In this document: positions 20,170 through 28,956 of the stretch, in pieces
How the letters are laid out: every line of letters begins with the position of its first letter
How positions within the stretch are numbered: the stretch's first letter is position 1
DNA from: Chlorobiota bacterium
Lineage (GTDB): Bacteria > Bacteroidota > Ignavibacteria > Kapaibacteriales > NICIL-2
Assembly: GCA_003695605.1 (NCBI GenBank)
Contig: RFIK01000006.1
Location: 1-30,500 of the forward strand
Reading direction: 5' to 3'
DNA length: 30,500 bases
The notes under the pieces: model-generated
The model's input: only the letters and a program-made list of their open reading frames with translations
What the model was told of the DNA's origin: nothing
Database searches by the model: none
Position numbers and translations under genes: made by a program

Positions 20170-20775
20170 ATGGACCTGACCAAGCAACTCGAACAACTCT
20201 ACCGCACCGATCGGAAGAAGCTGCTGGGCTTTATCCGACAGCGGGTCAAGACGCAAGAAGAAGCCGAAGACATCCTCCACGATGTGTTCGCGAACGTTCT
20301 TGCAGCAGCGCAGACAGTGGATAAACCAATCGAAAACGTCGCATCGTGGGTATTCACTGCTGTGCGTAACCGCATTATTGACTCGTATCGAAAGAAAAAG
20401 ACCGATGCGTTCTCGGACATGCTCACGCCTTCTCAGGTGGATGAGGGGGTCGAGTCGTTCGAGAACTTCATCGCCGACGAAAGCTACTCACCCGACACAG
20501 AACTCCTCCGCAAGACGATTTGGGAGGAAGTTCAAAAAGGGCTTGCCGAGCTTCCGCCAGAGCAGCGCGAAGTCTTCGAAAAAAATGAGTTCGAGGGTGT
20601 CTCCTTCCGAGAGATGAGTGAAGCAACCGGTGTCAACATCAATACACTCTTGGCGCGGAAGCGGTACGCTGTCCTGCACCTGCGGAAAAAGCTCGGTTAC
20701 CTTTACGACATGCTCAACAACCGCGAAGAGCAGCCTGACGACATCGAAAACCTCGAAACGGAAGTCGAGTCCTAA
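20170..20775 (+). CDS. ECF sigma-70 factor
   Basis: Region 2 (EAEDILHDVF, SWVFTAVRNRIIDSYRKK) and region 4 (LPPEQREVF, FREMSEATGVNINTLLARKRYAV). RBS AAGGAG precedes ATG 20170; an alternative start exists at 20032. Confidence 0.92.
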   Translation: MDLTKQLEQLYRTDRKKLLGFIRQRVKTQEEAEDILHDVFANVLAAAQTVDKPIENVASWVFTAVRNRIIDSYRKKKTDAFSDMLTPSQVDEGVESFENFIADESYSPDTELLRKTIWEEVQKGLAELPPEQREVFEKNEFEGVSFREMSEATGVNINTLLARKRYAVLHLRKKLGYLYDMLNNREEQPDDIENLETEVES

Positions 20776-20803
20776 GCACCTTCTCGAGCGATAGCGTTTG
20801 CGT

Positions 20804-20832
20804 GCGGCACAATGCACTTTGCATTGTGCCGC
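20804..20832. terminator. Perfect 13-bp hairpin between convergent genes
   Basis: GCGGCACAATGCA-CTT-TGCATTGTGCCGC. Confidence 0.7.
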
Positions 20833-20859
20833 TTGTGTATGGAGCCTACTCAAGGGGCG

Positions 20860-21834
20860 CTACAGGTGCCGATTCCGCGTTGCACGTGCCAGAGCGCAGA
20901 GTCTATCACGTGCAGAAGTTGGTGGTAAGTGCGATTCTAACGCGGCGTTTGCAGTGGAGAGATAGTGAGCGATGAGCGACTCGGCATGTTCGAGCGCACC
21001 AAGCCGACGGCACCGTTCTCGCATGCGCTCAATTTCGTCCCTGTTCCTTGGTGGGGTACCAGCGAGGTACATTGCAAATGCAGCGCGATCATCGGGGTCA
21101 GTTGCACAGGCTGCAGCACTCAACGTGGGGAAGGTCTTCTTTCCTTCGCGCAGATCGTGCCCAAGCTCTTTGCCGAAATCTTCTGAGCCGAAGAGATCGA
21201 GAACATCGTCTCGGATTTGGAATGCCATGCCGAGTGCTGTGCCGTAGGTGCGGAGTGCGGTGAGCACATCGTGCGAGGCGTGGGCAACGATTCCCCCAGC
21301 GACTGCTGCAGTTGCAAAGAGTCGGGCGGTTTTTCGCCCTATCATGCGGAGGTAATCGTCCATTGTCACCGATGGTACTGTGCGGAACGCAAGATCCTCT
21401 GCTTGACCGATGCACACTTCCACAAATGCCGAGGAGCACTCCGCCACAAGCTGCCGGCACACCGCAGGGGGATAATGCTCGCTCAGCAGCTGGTATGCGA
21501 TGCCCATCATCGTATCCCCTGCGAGAATTGCCGTTGCATCATCCCAAGCTTGGTAGACGGTTGGCTGGCCGCGGCGCAGTGGCGAGCGATCCATGATGTC
21601 GTCGTGGATGAGTGTAAAGTTGTGGAGGATTTCGATCGCAGCAGCGACGGGCGCTGCATCGGCAGACGTGCTCCCGCAAGCTTCTGCAGCCAAGAGCGTA
21701 ATCACCGGCCGAAGACGCTTGCCGCCACTGGCCAGCGCATAGCGGATAGGCTCGCCAAGGAGCGGCGGCAGTTCGATGCGCTCAAGTGCTCCAGCAAGTG
21801 CGTGCTCAATCGAATCGAGGTAGCGTTGTTCCAT
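20860..21834 (-). CDS. Short-chain polyprenyl diphosphate synthase (GGPP/FPP synthase, IdsA-like)
   Basis: GGKRLRP, FARM HNFTLIHDDIMD (Phe at -5), RRG, KTARLF, SARM FQIRDDVLD. Start taken at MEQRY (ATG 21834). Confidence 0.93.
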   Translation of the reverse strand: MEQRYLDSIEHALAGALERIELPPLLGEPIRYALASGGKRLRPVITLLAAEACGSTSADAAPVAAAIEILHNFTLIHDDIMDRSPLRRGQPTVYQAWDDATAILAGDTMMGIAYQLLSEHYPPAVCRQLVAECSSAFVEVCIGQAEDLAFRTVPSVTMDDYLRMIGRKTARLFATAAVAGGIVAHASHDVLTALRTYGTALGMAFQIRDDVLDLFGSEDFGKELGHDLREGKKTFPTLSAAACATDPDDRAAFAMYLAGTPPRNRDEIERMRERCRRLGALEHAESLIAHYLSTANAALESHLPPTSARDRLCALARATRNRHL

Positions 21835-21839
21835 CGAGG

Positions 21840-22901
21840 TTATTGGTTGTGATGGGGCGGGCGGGTGCGCAAGCGAACCCTCCGGAGGTCGGATACGGTT
21901 CGGGCACCAGAAATGAACATAGCTGCGCGGAGCTGGAGTTCCCAATTGGCAACGTACCGTTCGAGCGCTTCTTCACCGCCATGGTGATAGACCTGCAAGA
22001 GCGGGCGAGCAATGCCGACAAGGTCTGCTCCGAGCGCGATTGCCTTTGCTGCGTCGAATCCGCTCGCTATGCCGCCTGAAGCAATCAGCGTAAAATCGTA
22101 GCTCGATCGCAACGCTGCAACCTCGACGATGCAGTCCGCGGTCGGTATCCCGCAGTCCCACAGTTCTGCAAGCGGATTGCTGTCAGGATCGGTCGAACCG
22201 CGTTTGAGTTCGACGCCTGCCCAGCTCGTACCTCCTGCGCCGGCAACATCAATGTATCGAACGCCCACACGAAGCAGCGACTCGGCTACGCGACTTGAGA
22301 TCCCTGCACCAACTTCCTTGACGATGATCGGTACCGGCAGTGCGACAGCAAGCTCCTCGATCGCTACGAGAACGCCGCGGAAGTGGGGGGTGCCTTCGGG
22401 CTGCAAAAGCTCTTGCAGTGGATTGAGATGGATAGCGAGCGCGTCTGCACCGACAAGGTCTATTAGCGATTCGAGATCCCCAGCTCGAACATCCCGCGCG
22501 AGTTGCGACGCACCGATATTGGCAATGATCGGAACCGAGGGCGCAAGGTCACGTGCAACGCGGAAGCTTTCAAGCTGCTCGTGGCTTTCCAACAGTGAGC
22601 GCATTGAGCCGAGTCCCATCGCCATCTGCCACCGTTGGCACAAGCGCGCCAGTGCAGCGTTGATTACAGTTGCACCGCTATAGCCACCGGTCATGCAGGA
22701 GACGATAAGCGGAAGTCGAAGAAAGTGTCCGAGGAATGTTGTCTGCGGCGTGACCTCCTCGAAGTCGAGCTCCGGCAGCGCAACGTAGTCGAAGTCATAA
22801 CGCTCTAATCCCGTAGTCTTCGAGCGGTAACGGACATCGTCCTCTGTACAGAGCCGGACGTGCTCTTCCTTCCGCGTTGATGGTTGGTTCGATGCAGGCA
22901 T
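21840..22901 (-). CDS. fni: Type 2 (FMN-dependent) isopentenyl-diphosphate isomerase
   Basis: [49 protein letters not shown]. Start taken at MPASN (ATG 22901). Confidence 0.96.
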   Translation of the reverse strand: MPASNQPSTRKEEHVRLCTEDDVRYRSKTTGLERYDFDYVALPELDFEEVTPQTTFLGHFLRLPLIVSCMTGGYSGATVINAALARLCQRWQMAMGLGSMRSLLESHEQLESFRVARDLAPSVPIIANIGASQLARDVRAGDLESLIDLVGADALAIHLNPLQELLQPEGTPHFRGVLVAIEELAVALPVPIIVKEVGAGISSRVAESLLRVGVRYIDVAGAGGTSWAGVELKRGSTDPDSNPLAELWDCGIPTADCIVEVAALRSSYDFTLIASGGIASGFDAAKAIALGADLVGIARPLLQVYHHGGEEALERYVANWELQLRAAMFISGARTVSDLRRVRLRTRPPHHNQ

Positions 22902-22936
22902 TGTTGCTTCGTCGGTTGGGTGGTGCAAATATGCAG

Positions 22937-22944
22937 TAAGTTTG
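22937..22944 (+). promoter_or_regulatory. Putative -7 promoter box (TAAGTTTG) for pckA
   Basis: Exact TAnnTTTG 36 nt upstream of the ATG at 22980. Confidence 0.55.
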
Positions 22945-22979
22945 TAGCGCGATGTGTTTCACTTTCTCGTTTTTTCGGA

Positions 22980-24584
22980 ATGATCGCCACTGAAGCGCTT
23001 CGATCCGAGCTTGCCTCTATGGGGCTTGTTGGTTTGGGCGAAATCAATCGCAACTGCTCAGTAGCAGAGCTCTACGAACACGCAGTGATCTTAGGGGAGG
23101 CAGAGATCTCGGAACACGGTGCATTGCTCTGCATGACGGCACCGAACACGGGGCGGAGTGCAAACGATAAATTCCTCGTCGAAGAACCTTCGACCAAAGA
23201 ACACGTCTGGTGGGGAAAGGTCAACCGTCCCTTTCCGCCTGAGGCATTCGAGCGAATCAAACACCGCGTCTTTGCATACCTCCAAGGGCGTGATGTGTAC
23301 GTCCACGACTGCTGGGTTGGCGCCGACGCGCGCTATCGCTATGGCGTCCGTGTCATCACCGAGCATGCCTGGCATAGTCTCTTTGCGAAGAACATGTTCA
23401 TCGAGCTTGCCGACGATGAACTCGAAGCGTTCAAACCAGATTTTACCATCATCCACGTTCCTAACTTTCACGCACAGCCGGAAATTGACCGGACAGCTTC
23501 GCACAAATTCATTCTGCTCAGCTTCGAGCAGCGCATGGTACTCATTGGGGGTACTCATTACGGCGGGGAAATCAAAAAGTCGGTCTTTACGATCCTGAAC
23601 TACGTCCTTCCGCTGCGGGGTGTCTTCCCGATGCATTGTTCGGCGAATGTTGGTGCTCATGGTGATGTCGCGCTCTTTTTCGGACTTTCTGGTACTGGGA
23701 AGACGACGCTTTCGACCGACCCTGACCGCCCACTCATAGGGGACGATGAACACGGGTGGAGCGACGACGGCATTTTCAATTTCGAAGGCGGCTGCTACGC
23801 CAAAGTCATCAACCTGAGCCCCCAAGCAGAGCCGCTGATCTACCAAATGACGCGAACGTTCGGTACGATTCTCGAAAACGTCGTCTATGACCCCGAAACG
23901 CGCCGTATTGACCTTGCTGATCAAAGCATCACCGAGAATACGCGAGCATCGTACAAACGGGAATTTCTGCCGAATATCGTTCCCGAAAACCGTGCTGGCC
24001 ATCCGACGAACATTTTCTTCCTCACGTGCGATTCCTTCGGCGTCATGCCACCGATTGCGCGACTGACACCCGAGCAGGCGATGTACCATTTCCTGTCAGG
24101 CTACACGGCGCGTGTTGCCGGCACGGAAGCGGGCGTCAAGGAGCCATCAGCAACGTTTTCGACCTGCTTTGGCGCGCCGTTCATGGTGCATCATCCATCA
24201 GTCTATGCGCACATGCTCCGGGAGCGGATGCTCAAGCACAATGTGGCGGTTTGGCTTGTCAACACTGGCTGGAGCGGCGGTCCCTACGGTGTTGGAAGTC
24301 GCATGAAGATTGCCTATACCCGAGCGCTCCTGCACGCGGCGTTGGACGGGAAGCTCGACGGTGTCGAATTTGTCACCGAGCCGTTCTTCGGGCTCTCAAT
24401 CCCAACTGCTTGCGATGGCGTCCCCAGCGAAATTCTCAATCCCCGCAATACCTGGGCAGATCCGAAGGCATACGACGATAAAGCACAGTATTTGGTCGGG
24501 CTTTTCGAACAAAACTTCGAACAGTTCGCCAGCTACGTCGAGCCGGAAGTGCGCGATGTGCTGAAGGTTACCACTGCACTCTAA
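22980..24584 (+). CDS. pckA: Phosphoenolpyruvate carboxykinase (ATP)
   Basis: [63 protein letters not shown]. Start ATG 22980. Confidence 0.98.
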   Translation: MIATEALRSELASMGLVGLGEINRNCSVAELYEHAVILGEAEISEHGALLCMTAPNTGRSANDKFLVEEPSTKEHVWWGKVNRPFPPEAFERIKHRVFAYLQGRDVYVHDCWVGADARYRYGVRVITEHAWHSLFAKNMFIELADDELEAFKPDFTIIHVPNFHAQPEIDRTASHKFILLSFEQRMVLIGGTHYGGEIKKSVFTILNYVLPLRGVFPMHCSANVGAHGDVALFFGLSGTGKTTLSTDPDRPLIGDDEHGWSDDGIFNFEGGCYAKVINLSPQAEPLIYQMTRTFGTILENVVYDPETRRIDLADQSITENTRASYKREFLPNIVPENRAGHPTNIFFLTCDSFGVMPPIARLTPEQAMYHFLSGYTARVAGTEAGVKEPSATFSTCFGAPFMVHHPSVYAHMLRERMLKHNVAVWLVNTGWSGGPYGVGSRMKIAYTRALLHAALDGKLDGVEFVTEPFFGLSIPTACDGVPSEILNPRNTWADPKAYDDKAQYLVGLFEQNFEQFASYVEPEVRDVLKVTTAL

Positions 24585-26276
24585 GTGCTGACCGTTCGGC
24601 TTGTCTGCTTGGTGGTGGTCACGGCTGTGGCTGGGTGGTATTCCGGCTGCACACAGCGAGAGCTACGCCACGCTGATACCTTCGTGTACAATGAGCCGAG
24701 CGGTCTTGCATCGCTCGACCCAGCACAGGCAAGCTATCAAGCAGCCTGGTGGGCAGGACTACAGCTCTACAGCGGTCTGGTTGATTTCGATACAGCATTG
24801 CAGATTGTACCGGCGCTTGCCAAGTGGTGGAGCAGCGATAGCACACTTCGGCTCTGGCGCTTTGTCCTCCGCGACGACGTCTGGTTCCACGAGGATCCTT
24901 GCTTCGGGCAGCAACGGACGCGCCGCTGCTTGGCGTGGGATGTTCGCTATTCCATCGAGCGCATCCTCGATGCGCGGACGCGATCGCCGGGTTTGTGGGT
25001 ATTTCTCGATCGAATTCAAGGCGCACACGCTTTCCATGATGCAACACGACGTGGAGAACGTCCTTCCCACTGCGAGGGAATCCGTGTGCTCGATGACACA
25101 ACGATCGAGTTCGAGCTTGTCGAGCCATTTGCACCGTTCTTGCAGCTGCTGGCGATGCCCTATGCATGGGTTGTGCCTCGGGAAGCCGTCGAATACTACG
25201 GCGATCGGTTTGGCGAACATCCAGTTGGGACAGGTCCGTTTCGGTTTGGCTGGTGGAAGCCTGATCGGGAACTGGTGCTGGTGCGGAACGAGCGATATTG
25301 GCGTTTCGATGAACATGGCACCCGACTTCCGTATCTTCGCGCCGTTCGTATCGAGTTTGTTCGGGATCAGCGAACAGAATTTGCTGAGTTTCGGCGCGGG
25401 CGCTACGTGATGCTCGCCAGCCTCGATCCAGCATTTGCCAACGTGCTCTTGAACGAACAGGGTCAGCTTGCACGTGAATACGCTGGGAAGTATCGCTTGC
25501 TCACGGCGCCGGCACTGAGCACGGAATATTATGGCATTTTGCTCGATACGACACTCCCTGCAGGGCGGGAGAGCCCGCTTGCGCGATCGCGTTTGCTACG
25601 GCAAGCGCTCAATTACGCGATTGATCGAGAGCGGATCGTGCGCTACGTCTTGCGGGGGATGGCATATCCAGCGCGCGGGGTACTACCGTCACCGCTGGCA
25701 GGATATTCGGGCGCATGCTATCAGTACGACAGACAGCGAGCACGGATGCTCTTGGCACAAGCTGGCTATCCCGAGGGCCAGGGGTTACCGTTGCTTCGAC
25801 TGGTCATTAGCACAAGCTCGCGAACGCTTTCGATTGCCGAAGCTGTCCAGGAGCAATGGGCAGAACTCGGTGTTCGTGTCGAGCTGCAGCAGGTGGACTT
25901 TCCACGACTGCTCTCGATGGTTCGCAACGGCGACGTTGCACTCTGGCGCACAAGCTGGATTGCAGACTACCCCGATGCGGAAAATTTCCTTGCTCTTTTC
26001 CATAGTCCCAACATTGCACCACGCGGACCGAATACAACGCGGTACCGCAACATGGCTGCGGACGACATCTACCGGCGAGCAATTGCTGCTGCCAACCCAT
26101 TTCTGCGCTCCCAGCTTTACGGGTTGTTTGAGCAACAGGTCGTCGGGGATGCACCGTGGGTGTTCCTCTTTCACGGTCGAATTGTCCGCCTGGTGCATGG
26201 ATTTGTCGAAGGGTTGACCGTTGACCCTCTCGATCGGTTAGTGCTCGAGCGCGTTCGCATCACGCCGAGTCACTGA
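24585..26276 (+). CDS. ABC transporter substrate-binding lipoprotein, family 5 (OppA/DppA-like)
   Basis: Lipobox-like YSGC, SLDPA, LRDDVWFH, HPVGTGPF, LRQALNYAIDRERI, WIADYPDAENFL. Confidence 0.92.
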   Translation: MLTVRLVCLVVVTAVAGWYSGCTQRELRHADTFVYNEPSGLASLDPAQASYQAAWWAGLQLYSGLVDFDTALQIVPALAKWWSSDSTLRLWRFVLRDDVWFHEDPCFGQQRTRRCLAWDVRYSIERILDARTRSPGLWVFLDRIQGAHAFHDATRRGERPSHCEGIRVLDDTTIEFELVEPFAPFLQLLAMPYAWVVPREAVEYYGDRFGEHPVGTGPFRFGWWKPDRELVLVRNERYWRFDEHGTRLPYLRAVRIEFVRDQRTEFAEFRRGRYVMLASLDPAFANVLLNEQGQLAREYAGKYRLLTAPALSTEYYGILLDTTLPAGRESPLARSRLLRQALNYAIDRERIVRYVLRGMAYPARGVLPSPLAGYSGACYQYDRQRARMLLAQAGYPEGQGLPLLRLVISTSSRTLSIAEAVQEQWAELGVRVELQQVDFPRLLSMVRNGDVALWRTSWIADYPDAENFLALFHSPNIAPRGPNTTRYRNMAADDIYRRAIAAANPFLRSQLYGLFEQQVVGDAPWVFLFHGRIVRLVHGFVEGLTVDPLDRLVLERVRITPSH

Positions 26277-26346
26277 CCACCTGTTGTTACGGCTGCCGTA
26301 GCGTCACTGCATCTCGAGCAGGCGATGGCGCGGTGAGCCGGTAACA

Positions 26347-26387
26347 CGCGACAAAAAGTGGCATCTCCGGATGTCGCTTCTGTCGCG
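26347..26387 (+). other. Long RNA hairpin with cUCCGg (UNCG) tetraloop upstream of the NlpC/P60 gene
   Basis: 17 pairs including two G-U wobbles and a 2x1 internal loop; ends 46 nt before the ATG. Confidence 0.55.
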
Positions 26388-26433
26388 ACCAAGAACAGCG
26401 TATGTTTCACCGTTTCGATCGGAGGGCTTGCAG

Positions 26434-27186
26434 ATGCGAGCAGTACTTTGGTTTTGCATGACAGTTGCTCTGGCTGTGCTATGGATAACCGAACCAGCCA
26501 TCGCTGGGCACAGCACCAGGAAAAAAGGAGCAAAGCGCCGTGCTACTGCGCGACTACAGCGAAATACTCAGGGCAAGCAACTTGCACTCGATCTGCTCTC
26601 GACGCAGGCATCGCCGGCGCTGCAAACTCTTGCCGGACTCCATGAGGGGCAAGTCCTCGATGGCGATGATGCCGACGAGGTTGCTCGCGAAGACGATGTC
26701 CCAGTGGACATCGCGACAATTCGCACGCTCTGGATGGCATACGTGGACGGCGAGCAACCACCCTCTGGACTTTCCCAGCGCCAGGTGATGGAATTCATCA
26801 TGGATTGGCTTGGGCGGCCATACCGCTTCGGCGGTAGTAGCGCCGATGGAATCGATTGCTCAGCATTCATTCAAACACTCTTCCACACGTGTGCAGCTGC
26901 GCTTCTCCCAAGAACAGCACAGGAGCAATATGCCTACGGACAACAAGTGCAGCATATCGAAGACCTTCAGTTCGGAGACCTGGTGTTCTTCCACACTCGC
27001 AGCCATGCGTGGGTATCGCATGTGGGCATTTACCTGGGGGATAAACTTTTTGCGCACGCAAGCTCACGGTATGGGGTTACGATTTCCTCGTTGGAGAGCA
27101 CGTACTACAACAAACGGTTCATCAGTGGGCGGCGGCTTACGCTCAGCGACCTCCAGCAACTGGCGCTCCGCTCAGAAGCGCGGTAG
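26434..27186 (+). CDS. NlpC/P60 (C40) cell-wall peptidase with signal peptide
   Basis: PYRFGG...GIDCSAF, GDLVFF, SHVGIYLG, FAHASS (Cys-His-His triad); RBS GGAGG before ATG 26434. Confidence 0.93.
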   Translation: MRAVLWFCMTVALAVLWITEPAIAGHSTRKKGAKRRATARLQRNTQGKQLALDLLSTQASPALQTLAGLHEGQVLDGDDADEVAREDDVPVDIATIRTLWMAYVDGEQPPSGLSQRQVMEFIMDWLGRPYRFGGSSADGIDCSAFIQTLFHTCAAALLPRTAQEQYAYGQQVQHIEDLQFGDLVFFHTRSHAWVSHVGIYLGDKLFAHASSRYGVTISSLESTYYNKRFISGRRLTLSDLQQLALRSEAR

Positions 27187-27250
27187 TTTGGCCTGATGCC
27201 GTAATGCGTTCTATTCGCTGTGAGTGAATGCTCAACTAGCAGCATCAATG

Positions 27251-27880
27251 CTACGCACCGTCAGAATTGCCCCAGCGGGGGGGGGCGGAGACTCCAAGCA
27301 TTTTCCGGAGTTTTGCGATTGCGCGATAGTAGCGTTGGCGGACGGCGTCAACCTTCATTCCGACATGCACTGCGATTTCGGCAAAACTTTTGCCGCTGCA
27401 GTACTCTCGTATGATGTACTGATCGCATTGGGAAAGCTTGCCGAGCGCTTCAGAGATCAAGAGGATGTCCGTGGTGACTTCTGCGTTTGCCGAGCTTGTG
27501 AGTTCAGCGTTGAAGTCTGTCTCGTAGTGAACACGTCGGTAGTGAGGTGTTACTTGATTCGACAGATATGAGCGTGCTGCCTTGATGCAATCGGAAACAA
27601 GAAGATGCAAAAGAGGGCAGGAGCAGTCAGAGCACTGGATGCAACCATGTAAGCAAGTATGGCGCGGGCATGCGATCGCGGGATTTTGTGCCATCGAGCG
27701 CGTTGCGTTCTCGATCCCGACGCAGACGCCTAATCGAACCCAATCTTCGGGGAGTACGTGGTGCCACAAGATTCGCCAGGAGTTGTGGACGACGCCGAAG
27801 ATCCTCCGGTAGTGTTCAGGAGACATCATCAGGCGGTAAAGTGCTTCCCACCGGGCGCGTGTGCAGTTGTCATCACTCAT
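27251..27880 (-). CDS. Divergent ECF-like sigma-70 factor with an internal Cys/His-rich insert (209 aa)
   Basis: Clear region 4 (ALGKLSQCDQYII...GKSFAEIAVHVGMKVDAVRQRYYRAIAKLRKML). Region 2 is only weakly recognisable (PEDWV; LLHLLVSDCIKAARSYL) and flanks CPRHTCLHGCIQCSDCSC. Confidence 0.75.
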   Translation of the reverse strand: MSDDNCTRARWEALYRLMMSPEHYRRIFGVVHNSWRILWHHVLPEDWVRLGVCVGIENATRSMAQNPAIACPRHTCLHGCIQCSDCSCPLLHLLVSDCIKAARSYLSNQVTPHYRRVHYETDFNAELTSSANAEVTTDILLISEALGKLSQCDQYIIREYCSGKSFAEIAVHVGMKVDAVRQRYYRAIAKLRKMLGVSAPPRWGNSDGA

Positions 27881-28229
27881 GACATGGTACTCCGACGATC
27901 ATCCTGCATGACGAAAATACACAACGCACTCTGAGCTATCAATAGCGTATTCCAGCAGGAAAAATTTTTCCATCAGCGTGTCACAACTTGCCGATTTCGA
28001 GTACATGGGATATGGAAGCGCGCAACCATTTGTGCGCTCAGTTTGGCAAAGCGAACCGACTATGGCAAATTGCCGCCATCTTCGTGCTGTGGCAGGGCTG
28101 CATGCACGAGTCCATTGGGCAGAATGTGCGGCGCTGGCTGATGGTGCTTGTGTGTAGGAGTTTCTGCCAGCCGCACCAGCACGGAGAGGCGGGAAAATCA
28201 GGATATTTCACTGCTATTTTGAGACAACA

Positions 28230-28943
28230 ATGTTGCGTAAACTGTGTGTTGCTGCACTTGTTCTTGCATCCGTCGTATCCTCTCAGGCTGGCGAGACAGG
28301 TGCGAAGGCAATTCTCCAAAACGAGAACAACTGCCGGCCTCCGACAATTATCACACTTCCGTGTCTCGGGGGTTGTTACGAATGGTCGGTTCAAGAGGAC
28401 CGCAATTGTGATGGCGTGTACGACTGGATTACAGTGAAGCGATGTGATGGCTCGCTCTGTTCTCAACCGATTCAGTCCGTTGCATATCCGATTGGGAATA
28501 TTGCTGATGGAGTCTTCAGTATCGCGTTTACTTCTTGGCAATGTGCAGACGGACGCTGGCAGTGGCAGCTTGATCTCTTCGACCGTGATTCTTCATTACT
28601 GGCATCGGTGATACAGAGGTGCGGAGATTCTACACCGCAGGTGGTGTACCCTGCACCACCGGTGATAGCTCAGAGCAGCAACGAAGCTGAAACTTCCCAA
28701 GCGCGCATTTTCCCAAATCCGACTACTGGAGAACTTTTGATCACGAATGCAGAAGCGGTGGTAAAGATTGATGTGTATGACAGCAAAGGGCGAAGGATCG
28801 AGACACCGGCCCTCGAGGCACGGAAGGATGGTGAAACGTATGTACTACGACTCTCTGATAGCCTGCCATCGGGTGTTTATCTGCTCGCGATCCATCGAGC
28901 AGGACAAAAGCCAGAATTCGTTCCGTTTGTTATGTACCACTAA
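28230..28943 (+). CDS. Secreted Cys-rich protein with T9SS type A sorting domain (paralog A, 237 aa)
   Basis: Signal peptide; 8 Cys in the N-terminal domain; CTD IFPNPTTGEL...VYDSKGRRI...LPSGVYLL. Confidence 0.9.
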   Translation: MLRKLCVAALVLASVVSSQAGETGAKAILQNENNCRPPTIITLPCLGGCYEWSVQEDRNCDGVYDWITVKRCDGSLCSQPIQSVAYPIGNIADGVFSIAFTSWQCADGRWQWQLDLFDRDSSLLASVIQRCGDSTPQVVYPAPPVIAQSSNEAETSQARIFPNPTTGELLITNAEAVVKIDVYDSKGRRIETPALEARKDGETYVLRLSDSLPSGVYLLAIHRAGQKPEFVPFVMYH

Positions 28944-28956
28944 CTTGGCATTCAAA

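Noticed and set aside
26277-26433. c-di-AMP (ydaO) riboswitch upstream of NlpC/P60
   Set aside because: The conserved ydaO elements (AATCC...GGAAC, paired GGGG/CCC tracts, GTCAGCTAAC) are not present.
27192-27200. CCTGATGCC shared with 3421-3429 near both accessory loci
   Set aside because: A single 9-mer match is expected by chance at appreciable frequency in 30 kb, and the positions are not equivalent.
27277-27285. G9 homopolymer at the 3' end of the Cys-insert sigma gene as a phase-variation switch
   Set aside because: It lies after region 4. By hand, one C fewer gives APPAGAILTVRSIDAAS* and one more gives APPPLGQF*, so slippage only alters a short tail and would not switch the gene off.
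28038-28541. 167 aa Cys-rich ORF on the minus strand, and the 149 aa ORF at 27988-28437
   Set aside because: Both overlap the well-supported T9SS paralog A (antisense or alternate frame) and show no recognisable motif.
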